Source of the DNA: Selaginella moellendorffii
Lineage: Eukaryota; Plantae; Lycopodiophyta
Assembly (NCBI RefSeq): GCF_000143415.4
Contig: NW_003314357.1
Coordinates: 62,001 to 126,000, forward strand
Reading direction: 5' to 3'
DNA length: 64,000 bases
Both the position numbers and the translations under genes were made by a program. This document shows, piece after piece, positions 37,915-48,600 of the stretch; position 1 is the first letter of the stretch; each line of letters starts with the position of its first letter. A model generated the notes under the pieces. The model had not been told where the DNA came from and made no database searches. It worked only from the letters and a program-made list of their open reading frames with translations.

Positions 37915-39837
37915 ATGGTGCAGGCTGGGAAGGAGAAGCCAAGCAGGAGACCACCAAACCGAGCGCAGCGGCCCATGATCTGGCAGGATGGCATGGCCGA
38001 GGTGAAGGAGACGTTCCGGAGGGTGGCATTGGTGAAGCACGCTGGGTTCTCGGTGTGGGATGACCCGCGCAGGGGTCCAACGCTTGAGAAGATCTTACGG
38101 TGGAACAGGCAGGCCAGGAATCTGTCACAGGTGCCAAAGTCACTTCGAGAGAAAATCCCCGTCAAGGTCCTCAAGGAGATTCAGAACAACCGCTCGGTCA
38201 CTGGCTACGTCTCTCAGACACACCTCCAGAACGTCAAGGGAATGTGCCAGCGGATCCACTCGCAAAAGTCGTTCAACGAGCGCCGGAAGAATCTCTACGA
38301 CCCGACCATGTATCCAGTCTTCGTCCGCCGTCCTCCCACTGTGGCTTGCCTCATCGACACGTCCGAGCTGGACACCAGCCCGAGAAACATGCACTCTCAC
38401 TTCCGGAGCCGCAGGAGGCCTTACTCGTCCCCCGCGTATGATCATATGGCTCCGCTCTCCTACACGCCTCAGCCGTTCAAGCTGCTCTACGATATCTCAA
38501 ACGGTTCGTATCCAGTGTGCTCGTTCGCCAAGAGGCCCAGGTCCGGAGCTGCGGCACTGCCTTCCTCGACCAGCTGCTACGGTCGAATGTTTAACAGGTC
38601 TGCGTCTGCGATGGCCAAGAAATCCGTGCTGGACATTGCAGAGGCTCTGGAGAGGCAGCGGGGATCGTCAGCTCCTACTGGGAACAGTCACCGGCAGCAC
38701 AGGTCTCGAAGGCCGCCTTCCGTTTCATCGCCGTCGTCGTCAGCAAGCAGCACACCCAAGAGCATCACTAGGGGATGGCTCGACTTTAGAAGGAACAATG
38801 CGCAGCAGCAGGAGCAATCGAGCAACCGGAGCAACAGCAACGAGGGGGAGAGCAGGCCACCGTCAAGGTGCGCAAACCGGCCACCTTCCAGCAGATCGTC
38901 GTGGAGGATCAATCTGGTGGAGCGTCCGACGCTGGAGGATCTCTCAAACCGCAGCACCTATTCGGACTGCGTGTCTCTCGATTCTCTTGGGATGCCGGTT
39001 CTCTTCTCCTCGAGAGCAGCCGACGAAGCAACCAAGCCCAAGGTCTCGGTTCCAAAGCTACGTTTGAGAGGTGGCAGCAGCCCGAGGAAATCTCAGGTGA
39101 CATCCTCAGCGCTCAGTATCGTGGAGCACGCGGAACAGAGCAAGCAGATCGAGCTGTGCAGCGGCGTTGCGACGTGCTCGGAGGACGAGGAACTTCGGGT
39201 ATCATTTCAGCAGGAGCAGCAGGAGAGGCGGCCGAGACCATCCACAGCCAACGTCCCGCCGCTGGTGAATCAATCCTCGGATGGAGAGTCCTCGGAATGC
39301 AACTGGCGGCCGCAATCGGCATCCAATGCAGTGGGTCGCAGGGGCTCGAGGGTGACTTTCGCATCTCCAGTCGAAAGCAGATGGGATAGCAGCAACAAGT
39401 CTCGCCTCCGCAGCAGCATTGATTCTCCGGGAGAAGAACTTGCAAGCGGCGGAGAAGTGGAGGAGGAAATCCTGCTCGAGGAGGAGAAGGAGGAGGATGA
39501 TGTGGTGGTGGTGGGAAACAAGGAGGAAGAACAGGAACAACAGGAGGAGAAAGAGGAGGAGCGGGCCAATAGCAGCAACGAGGACGTGATAATCAAGCAC
39601 TCGTCCGACCCGTACGTGGATTTTAAGAGCTCCATGATGAGCATGATTGAGAGCGAGGGGCTGGAGATGGAGGGAAGCAGCAGCCAGGAATTGGACGAGC
39701 TCTTCCAGTATTACATGGATCTCAATCCTCGAATGCACCATCCCATTCTAGCTCGAGTCATCCGCGACATCAAACAAGAGTTGGATGACCAGCGAGCCCA
39801 AAGTTCCAAACTCTCCCCCTCGTCAACTTCGATCTAG
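37915..39837 (+). CDS. OFP: OVATE family protein with long N-terminal extension
   Basis: 640-aa ORF ending in VIIKHSSDPYVDFKSSMMSMI...LDELFQYYMDLNPRMHHPILARVIRDI, the OVATE domain signature. Start codon uncertain. Confidence 0.88.
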   Translation: MVQAGKEKPSRRPPNRAQRPMIWQDGMAEVKETFRRVALVKHAGFSVWDDPRRGPTLEKILRWNRQARNLSQVPKSLREKIPVKVLKEIQNNRSVTGYVSQTHLQNVKGMCQRIHSQKSFNERRKNLYDPTMYPVFVRRPPTVACLIDTSELDTSPRNMHSHFRSRRRPYSSPAYDHMAPLSYTPQPFKLLYDISNGSYPVCSFAKRPRSGAAALPSSTSCYGRMFNRSASAMAKKSVLDIAEALERQRGSSAPTGNSHRQHRSRRPPSVSSPSSSASSTPKSITRGWLDFRRNNAQQQEQSSNRSNSNEGESRPPSRCANRPPSSRSSWRINLVERPTLEDLSNRSTYSDCVSLDSLGMPVLFSSRAADEATKPKVSVPKLRLRGGSSPRKSQVTSSALSIVEHAEQSKQIELCSGVATCSEDEELRVSFQQEQQERRPRPSTANVPPLVNQSSDGESSECNWRPQSASNAVGRRGSRVTFASPVESRWDSSNKSRLRSSIDSPGEELASGGEVEEEILLEEEKEEDDVVVVGNKEEEQEQQEEKEEERANSSNEDVIIKHSSDPYVDFKSSMMSMIESEGLEMEGSSSQELDELFQYYMDLNPRMHHPILARVIRDIKQELDDQRAQSSKLSPSSTSI

Positions 39838-40828
39838 GTGTCTTTAACGTTATTTTTTTCAATCAAGTGGTATTTTCCTTGGCATTGTGTATATAATGGA
39901 TTGTCATAGTATGGCATTAGTCTTTGTTTGATATAAGTAAGACTCACTGACTGACCCAGTGACCACAATCTTGGCAAAGTCATGATCGGGATCTTGGATA
40001 ATGATAATCGCATGTTTAAAGGCATTAGTTTTTAAGGCTGGCCGACCGTGGAGAGAATCCAGGCATGCATGCTTGTGATTAGCTTGTGATGGCTTAGCTG
40101 TATTGGTGGCACTTGGCATATTCTTTTTTCTCCTTTCCTCTACCGCATAGGTTCGTTATGTGGATTCATGAACCGGACCACCGGGCGCCCATGGCCGTCC
40201 ATTCGTCCGTCCCTGGCACCCATCCATCCGTCCGTCCATCCAGCCGTTATACGTTCTTCCCCAGCGGTGAAAGTGGCCGGGGAAGAAAGGAAGGGCTCTA
40301 GAACGGTTAGATGGGGGAATATCCGCGGTCACATTTTTACCACGAGGGGACGTGACACGAAATTTTGCCTCTCGGTTAACGTGTGAGATTTTGTCAGGGT
40401 TTATGTTTATGACTTGTGGGTGCAATGCCGCAAATTCTTTTTTTCTTTTACGTGAAATACGTTAACGACCACATCCGCCGTCGATCGTGCGGTCGGATTA
40501 AAGGGCCCAAGTCCGAGAGTGGGGCATTGTGTGTTCTTTGCGCGAGGGAGGGCGTGGCGCGGCGCGGGCGAGTGGGAGCTAGCGAGCGAGCGAGGCGGCG
40601 GCGGCGGCGGCGACGACGCGTAGGCTAATCTTCTTCTTGTTCCTTCTGGCGCCTTCGATCAATCATCCATCGCGCGCACGCGCGCGTCTGTCCTAAGGTG
40701 AGAGATTTCACTATCGATCGGCGAAATATCCTTCGATTTCTCCCCATTCTCTCTTCTCGCGTGTTTCTTGATCGATCGATGGATGCCCGGTTCTTGCAGG
40801 CGATACAAATTTGCACATCTCGTGCATC

Positions 40829-41706
40829 ATGACCGCGACGATACTGCTCACTTGTGCGCTCCTCCTCATCGGCTGCCGATATTTCGGAGGTAAATCGCGC
40901 AATGTAGCCCCGGATCTGTGCTCGGCGATCCTAATGGACGTTTCTCTTGGCAGGAAACGCATCGCGGAGTGTCGGGAAAGATCCCGCCTTCGCTCTCTCG
41001 GGCGAGGCCATTCATCACAGGCTGGAGACAGGGTCCTATGGTTCATCTGACGCAAGCTCTGGAGAGGGAGATGGAATTCGCGCATCGGAAAGCCACAAGC
41101 TTGCTGCAACGTCCCGGAAGCTACTTGCTGGAAGTAAGCCTCTTCTTCTCTCTGGATTCCTTCTTCATGACTATAGATCATCGGGCTGTGTGTCAATGCA
41201 TTATAGATTATTTATTCTCTTTGGTGTGATCGATGCTAGTTGCGTCGCGTGCGACTTGGGCCCTCTTTCCTCGGCGACTCTTTATCTCTGCCTGTGTGCC
41301 TGCTTGAATGATCTTCATCGCGATCGAAGCCGGGAATGTTTCCCTCAATGTGGTCGATTCGATTCTAGCGGAACTAATTCCTCGCCTTTGGACATTGCCA
41401 GATTCGTGCACCAGCAAAGACATTAGCATTTCTCAAGGCCGCGACAGCTCGTCGTCTGGGATCCCGCAGTACGTTGTCCAGATCGTGAATACCTGCATGT
41501 CCGACTGTGCGCCTTCCAACATCCACGTCTTCTGCGGCTGGTTCGCTTCGGCGCCGCTTGTCAATCCCAAGGCCTTCCGGCGGCTGAATTACGACGACTG
41601 CCTTGTGAACGATGGGAAGCCACTGAGACACGGCGAGATCATCCGCTTCCAGTACGCCAACTCCTTCATGTATCCTCTCCGGTTCAAGTCGGCCAAGTTC
41701 TGCTAA
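40829..41706 (+). CDS. TPD1: TPD1-like secreted cysteine-rich protein
   Basis: Hydrophobic signal exon MTATILLTCALLLIG, middle exon ~41021-41133 (SRKLL), last exon CTSKDISISQG..GIPQYVVQIVNTC..IHVFCGWFASAPLVNPKAFRRLNYDDCLVNDG..FQYAN. Confidence 0.9.
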
Positions 41707-43304
41707 GGATCAGGTGCTTTGGAGAGATGGATCCAGCAGCGCAGGGCAGCAAATCTAAAACTAGGAACCAAGGAATTCGAGCACGGACGACAGCTTGTAT
41801 AGCCAACTAGGAAGGAAAAGGAAAGGGGCAGCAGAAGAATGACTTTGGTGGACAGGACATTTGGGACAGCAGGACAGGACAAGGAACATGACATGGAGCT
41901 GTGCGTGCATTTTGATTGACTCGAGAGGATTTCCAGGATACGTAGCTGTAGAGCTAGCTCAGAGATTTTTTGGAAGACGATGGAGGCAACACCGAGCAAC
42001 GAGGCCAGGCCGAACGAGAGTGAGCTCTCTCGATCGAGACACTCTGCATTGGGACTTGACGACACTCTCTCGGTGTCACTTTGGCCACTTTGCGACTACG
42101 GTACATATATATAGAGAGGATTCGACGGGCAGCCAGCAGCAGCAGCAGATCGGCGGCAACACCCATTGAAGTGAAGATCGTCTCGTCATCCGGCGATGGA
42201 TCAGCCAAAACTTAAGAGGTACCTACATTGTTTCGCTTTGTTTCTCTGCTTGCTGAGCTCTGCGTTTGAAGTAAATACATACGACCAGCTAATAATCTCT
42301 GCTGTGATGTCCATGAGTGACGAGCGAGCGAGAGAGCGCTGCGAGAGCGTCTCCTTTTCGCTGCAATTGATCATCGACCCGATCGATCACTCCAGGGACT
42401 AGCTGAAGTGAGTGATAGCAGCGACTGGTACACCATCAATCGAGCTCGGTGGTAGTAATGGCCGCCGTGGTGTGGTGGTGGTGGTGACGCTGAGCGATTA
42501 AAAAGAAACCACAGTCTGGGGTCTGGGCTGGATGGATGGACTCTGCTATTTGTCCTAGCTATCAGGCAAGAGAAAAAATGGGACGGTCTCTCTTTAAATT
42601 CCTTTTCTTGCGGTCCGGGACTGGAAGGAATCTGATGGAACTTCCCTATCTCGGCCATTATATCATACAAACTGACCTCTCTTGTGTGTGTGTGTGTAGT
42701 GGCTTTCGTATCGTACCCAGCGTTACATCACATTGTTTCATTTTCTCCAACTGACTTGGTTGGTTTTTTTTTTTTTTTCACACTGTACTCTTATTTATAA
42801 CAGTAGAATACACATCCGATCCACTTCTACTATACACTTGTTTGGGGTCAACATAGCACGACGCGTCCACGTCGTATCTCTGCCAGCTTTGACTGCGCTA
42901 ATCATAGTTTGAACTATTCTGGGATACTTTTTAAATTTGAACATTTTGGAGGGAAAAATCTCTTTTGCCTGTGTTTCTAGGGTTAGGGCTTTGAGGCGCC
43001 TCTTCATTTTCCCAAGAATCTCGCCAGGGGATGGATGATCGAGGGCAAGGTGATGCGGCGAGGGAGGAGGAAGCAGCAATGTGGTGCTCGGCGCCACAGT
43101 GTTAGGGTTTTAGAGATGGATCCTGGGGGACGATCGCCGTGGCAGCGGCGGCAGGCTTGATAGGGATGCGCCGCGCGCTCGAAATTTTTGCCCTCTCGTG
43201 GAAGCCGCGAATGTGAGTTGGTTTGATGAAAGTAGCGGCAGGTTCTCTTCCTCTTCGTGCGCTCCGGGTGGTTTCGTCCTCCACTAGGAGGCCCCTCTGG
43301 TGCC

Positions 43305-45443
43305 ATGCTATCGACGGCAGGATTCACTACGCAGATTGTCCCTGTCGCCTCCTGTTCTTCGTCATTGCAATCATCCAGTGCTAGTGCTTCCTCGTCCTCG
43401 TCTTCTAAGCTCCCGTTTGTGAGGTTTGGGAGGCAGCAAGAGTTTTTTCGGCCAATGTGTTGTCAAAAGAACTTTGATGGTTTTGAATGCGGTAGTAAAT
43501 GGAGTTGCTGGAAGAAGCGGATGAGATTGACAAGGGCAGCCAGGGACGAGTCTTCTCCTTACCTTGAGCCTGATGCGCGCTCGGTACGTCCAGACTTTGC
43601 TAGTTCTTCTTTTGGTTTCTCACCATTTTTGGTCGATCGATTCGTGCATGCAGAGTGTTCTTGCCGTCATCCTGGGTGGTGGTGCCGGAACCAGATTGCA
43701 TCCGTTGACCAAAGAGCGCGCGAAACCAGCTGTGCCCCTGGGGGCCAACTACAGGCTCATCGACATTCCCGTGAGCAACTGTATCAACAGCAACATTCCC
43801 CGGATTTACGTCCTCACGCAGTACAACTCAACGTCTCTGAACAGTCACCTGTACAGGGCCTACGCTGGGAACATGGGAGGCTTTAGAAACGATGGTTTTG
43901 TGGAAGTGCTTGCGGCCGAGCAGAGCTTAGATAATCCTGACTGGTTTCGTGTAAGTCCACTCCTTGGCACAGCCACACACGACTTTTCTTCTTAACTAAA
44001 GGTAAAAATAGGATTCTTTCTTCGTTCGTGGATTGACTCGTGCTGCTGCTGCTGCAGGGTACAGCCGATGCTGTCCGGCAATACCTATGGATTTTTGAGG
44101 ACCAGGACGTCATGGAATTTTTGATCCTAGCAGGAGACCACTTGTACCGCATGGACTATCAAAGGTTCATTCGGAGCCACCGTCAAACCAAGGCAGACAT
44201 CACTGTTGCCGCTGTTCCAGTGGAGGAAAAAAGAGCCACGAACTTCGGGCTCATGAAGATCGATTCAGAAGGGAAAATTACCGAGTTTGCTGAGAAGCCA
44301 AAGGGTGGGATACTTCAGGCCATGAAGGTGCGTGCATCTTATTTGAGTTGAATCCTCAACGTCGCCTTCGGACATTCTTACAGGTGGACACAACTATCCT
44401 CGGTCTAGATCCTAAGAGAGCTGAAGCGTTGCCATATATTGCCAGCATGGGTATATACGTTATCAGCAAGGAGGCGATGTACAAGTTGCTGCATGAAAAG
44501 TTTCCAAATGCAAACGATTTTGGCAGCGAGATTATTCCTGGAGCGACCCAGCTTGGCATGAAAGTAAGTTTTTTTTTCTTTTGTGTCTCTCTCAAGCCTT
44601 TGTGATTTTTTAATCTTTTGTTCTACTTTCTAGGTACAAGCCTACCTGTTTGATGGATACTGGGAGGATATTGGCACAATCGAGGCTTTTTACAATGCCA
44701 ACATAGGATTGACTAAGAGCCCTCCTGAATTTAGGTGCACAAGTTTTCAAGGTTTTTCTTATCAATACTTGACGGGACATTCGTGGAATTTTGCTTCTCA
44801 GTTTTGATGACAAGCATTCACCAATATATACGCTCCCGAGGTGCCTACCACCCTCGATAATGCACGATGCGGACATCGTGCAGAGCATCATTGGAGAAGG
44901 CTGTGTCATTCAGGCAAGTAAAAAAGTATCTAGAGCGTGCTTGAATAACTTCTAACAACTGCTTCTCTACGCCAGAATTGCAAAATCTACCACTCCGTGG
45001 TCGGCCTGAGGTCCCGAATTGCAGAGGGTGCGGTCATCGAGGATTCTCTTCTTATGGGATCGGATTTTTACGAGGTGTGTTTCTAGCTTTTGAGTGCTTG
45101 CCGTTACGAACTTTATCCGGTTTCTCCAGCAAGAGGAGCGCCGAGAACATCTCCATTCCCATGGCGGCGTGCCCATTGGCATTGGCAAGTACTCTGTCGT
45201 CCGAAAGGCTATTATCGATAAGAACGTTCGAATTGGTCGGAATGTGAGGGTATGGACGGTAAAGAAAGCTGTTGACACACATGACCTTACTTTCTTCTTG
45301 GGCTGGACTGCTTTTTCTTTTTTCAGATCATCAACAAGGATAACGTGTTGGAGGCTGCAAGGGAAACAGAAGGCTACTTCATTAAGAATGGGATTGTGAC
45401 GATTATCAAAGACGCAGTTATTCCAAACGGTACAACGATTTGA
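43305..45443 (+). CDS. APS: ADP-glucose pyrophosphorylase, small-subunit type, with transit peptide (~9 exons)
   Basis: [97 protein letters not shown]. Confidence 0.95.
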
Positions 45444-45882
45444 GCTGAATTCGTCGCATCTGATGCAAGTACGTACATAGTGTGTATATTGGACGAGGAG
45501 GACGAGTGTTGTCTGTAAATTTGTGTAGCCAATGAATTCGTTTTCATTTTTTGTTTCTTGGTTTTTTTTGTTTTTCTTTCTACTGTCTAGAAGAGTATTT
45601 GTGTTAGCTTAAGTTTTTTCTTTTCTGACGAAGACGAGAATGATTGATTGATTGAATAAGAGCAGCAGAGCAAGGATATGTTTCCACGTGACATATGCGT
45701 CCGCCAAAGGTGACTGCCACGTACCGGTTGTCTCTCTCTTCTCTCACAGGTATGGCGGCCGAAGGCGAAGCAACAGCCCTCGTCGCCGGCTCCTCCTCCT
45801 CTCAAGGTACTGTGGCTTTCTCTTCGTTCTTGCGAGCATCATGTAGTTACTGCTAATTTTTGACAGGAGCAGCCTCGGTGGA

Positions 45883-47912
45883 ATGGCGGTGTTTGGCGTG
45901 GTTTTCACTGCGCCATCCAAGGCCTGGGTTCCACAGGAGATGCATTTAATGACGAGCCAGAGCCAGAGGAAGCTGGTAGCAACGATTGCAAGCATTGGGA
46001 GAAGCAGCGGTGGAGTTCATGGTTACAGATCGCGGAAAGGAAGGCGGAGGAGATCACCTCGAAGTGAGAGTGGAAGCGAAAGTCAAGATGAAGCGTTGGT
46101 AAGTAAGACTCACTCGTTCTCTTTCGCCAGGTTTTTACTTTATGTTCTATTTTACAGCAGCAAAGTGCATGCGTTTCCAACGAAGGAAATGGAAACGCGA
46201 GAGTGACAAGGAAAACGTCCAGTCGCAACAAACGGGCATCCAAGGCAGAAGAAGGAGAAGGGAGTCAGGGGTTTGATTCGCCTGTTGAGGAGGTGATAGC
46301 ACCCGTGGCTGTGACAATTGTCTCGGACCCCGAGCTCTTCGAATCAGTTTCTCAGGAGCATCATCAGGCGAATGACGACGAGAATGAGCAAGTGAGTTCG
46401 AGTGTGGCCGCAGTGGACGAGAACACCTCTGCTGTTCAAGAGGTGGAAGATTCATCGGTTTCTGAAAAAATTGTGGAGCAAGTAGCAGAGATCCAGACGC
46501 AAATGGCCGAAGCAGTGCACAGAGTTGTCGACGAAGTGATCCCGGGGCAGGTGACACAGGCCGCGGAAGTGCTGGTGGAGCAAGTCGCAGCACTCTCGAT
46601 GGTCGAACAGGTTGCCAAGGTGACTGAACAGGTTGCCAACTTACTCTCCAGCGATGGCGAGGAAAGCCTGGAAAGCGATGACGAGTTTGAGGCCTACACC
46701 ACGTCTGATCTGCCTGAGTTTCGGGGTATTCGAGGCCTTGAGAACTTCACTGTGCTACAGGACGACCATGGGGTAATGACCGTGATTTACGACTTATATC
46801 TCTACATTCTCAAGAAGCCGGGGCTGGATTTTGTACTAGGCATGTTTGCTGCGCCAGTGGCCGTAAGTATGTTCTTCACGCTGCTCTATCTGCCTCAGCT
46901 TCAGGGCCTGGATTTTGCAAGCAACGTGGTTCAGTATTCTTCGTCATCGAAGTTTTTTGAGCACGGCCTGGAACTGGACTGGGAGGCTGTGTTTCGGGTG
47001 CTCATGTTTAGCATCTCCTTGTCTACAGGACTCCAACCAGAGTTGACACCACTCACTCCTTACACGCTCGTCGTAGCCAACATAAATGCTCTGGTTGCGC
47101 AGCTCCTGTTTGTGTTTCTCAGCGGTGCAGGTGCTTTTCTCTCTTTTGCAAGATTTGGTCCCTGAAACTTGTTTTGTGAATCTCGGCAGTGTTCGCGAGA
47201 TTGTCCCAGCCGTCACAGCCGATCCGGTGTTCCTCTGTGGCATTGGTGAGCCCATCGACTGCAAAAAGAAACGGTCGTTCTGTCAGGTAAGCTTGAAGGC
47301 AACTTTTTCTCTCGACTCACGCTTCCTTGACTGTGGGCAGAGTGTTTATGACTCGTTACGTTCTGGCTGGACCTCAGCCTTGTGAGCTCGTCGATGTCAA
47401 AGTTGATTTGAGCTACAAGTACAACACCATCACCGGAGCAGGAACTTACTTTCGAGCTCAGCAGTCCTTGAAGCTGGTATGTTCAGTTGTTTTCTAGCTA
47501 GCCAAATGAGTCTTTGGGTTAAAGCACTTGCCACAGATTCGTTCCGAGGTTTCGTACCTCAACCACGGCATGCTGGTCCGCCACATAATCGACGAGTCGA
47601 GCCCTCTCAACAAGCGAACTCCGGAGATGCTCAAAAAAGAAGATGGAATCTTCACGCTGAGCGTGGTAGAGTAATTTACGAAGTCATTTGTTTCTCGTTT
47701 CTAATCGCTTGCCTCGCTAAAATTTGCAGGTGGGACTGGAGCGAAGCTCCATGCAATCAGTGTTTCACGCACAACACTACTCCATGGACGACGATCACGT
47801 AATCTGGGATGCTGAGTTCCAAGATATGATCTTGATAAGCAAGAAGAACATGCGTATCGTGGATCACTCTAAGCTCAGCCAGTGGCGGCCGGTTAAGATC
47901 CCTGATAGCTGA
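45883..47912 (+). CDS. Inward-rectifier K+ channel (Kir/KirBac)-fold protein with atypical pore
   Basis: Six exons splice in frame (45883-46098, 46158-~47130, ~47190-47286, 47341-47476, ~47537-47665, ~47730-47912). Slide helix DLYLYIL, two TM helices, GAVFARLSQP, cytoplasmic-domain motifs HIIDESSPL, HYSMDDDHVIWDAEFQDMI, VDHSKL. Confidence 0.82.
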
Positions 47913-47975
47913 GACACTGTACAAGTTCACAAGAGAGGTATGGCAAACAGGCGTAGATGGACCTATTAGTTCCAT

Positions 47976-48448
47976 CTATTTGATATCCTTCTGCACTGGA
48001 GCTGCGAGTTTTCTCAAGTGCTGGAAGGAACGGTGCTTGATCCACTGCCGATCGTATGGCAAGAAGCCGTGAACGTTGGGATCATACCTGCGCAGCACAG
48101 AGAAAGCACAAGTTCTACTCAAACCAATTCCAGGAGGAAGGCGAGCAAAGTTACACAAGAGCGCTGATATCTTTCAAGCCATCGATGAAGTCGTAGAGAT
48201 CGCCAATGTCGTAGCAGATGCTGGTGAGCTCGGGATTGAGATCCTTGAGCTTCTTTTCGTACATTGCGCATACACCTTTGAGAGAAAAGAGCGAGAACTT
48301 TTGGATTGGAATCGATCATTGTTTTGGTTTTTCGTGCTCTTCTAATACCTTCCATGCACAGTGGGATGGAATCGAATTCCAGGTACGTTCGGCTGCTTTG
48401 ATTCTGGTTTTGCTGGACCAGCAGCAAGATTTTCTTCTTGCTAGACAT
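47976..48448 (-). CDS. ERH: Enhancer of rudimentary homolog (3 exons)
   Basis: ILLLVQ..SRTYLEFDSIPLCMEG / VCAMYEKKLKDLNP..ICYDIGDLYDFIDGLKDISAL / YDP..FLPYDRQWIK. Confidence 0.95.
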
Positions 48449-48600
48449 GATCGTCTTCCTTCTCTTCCAAAGAGAGACGGTTCTGTGATTCAAAGAGGAA
48501 ATGGCGCTGGCGAGATCGCAGCCGTCCAATCCCTGGACCTATATACCGCCCGATCCATTCAAAGCTGGGAATAAAAAATTTAGGTCGAGGGAGGAGGAGG

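Noticed and set aside
38060-39741. Alternative-frame and antisense ORFs up to 335 aa over the OVATE gene
   Set aside because: Shadow ORFs expected in GC-rich coding DNA; no recognisable motifs.
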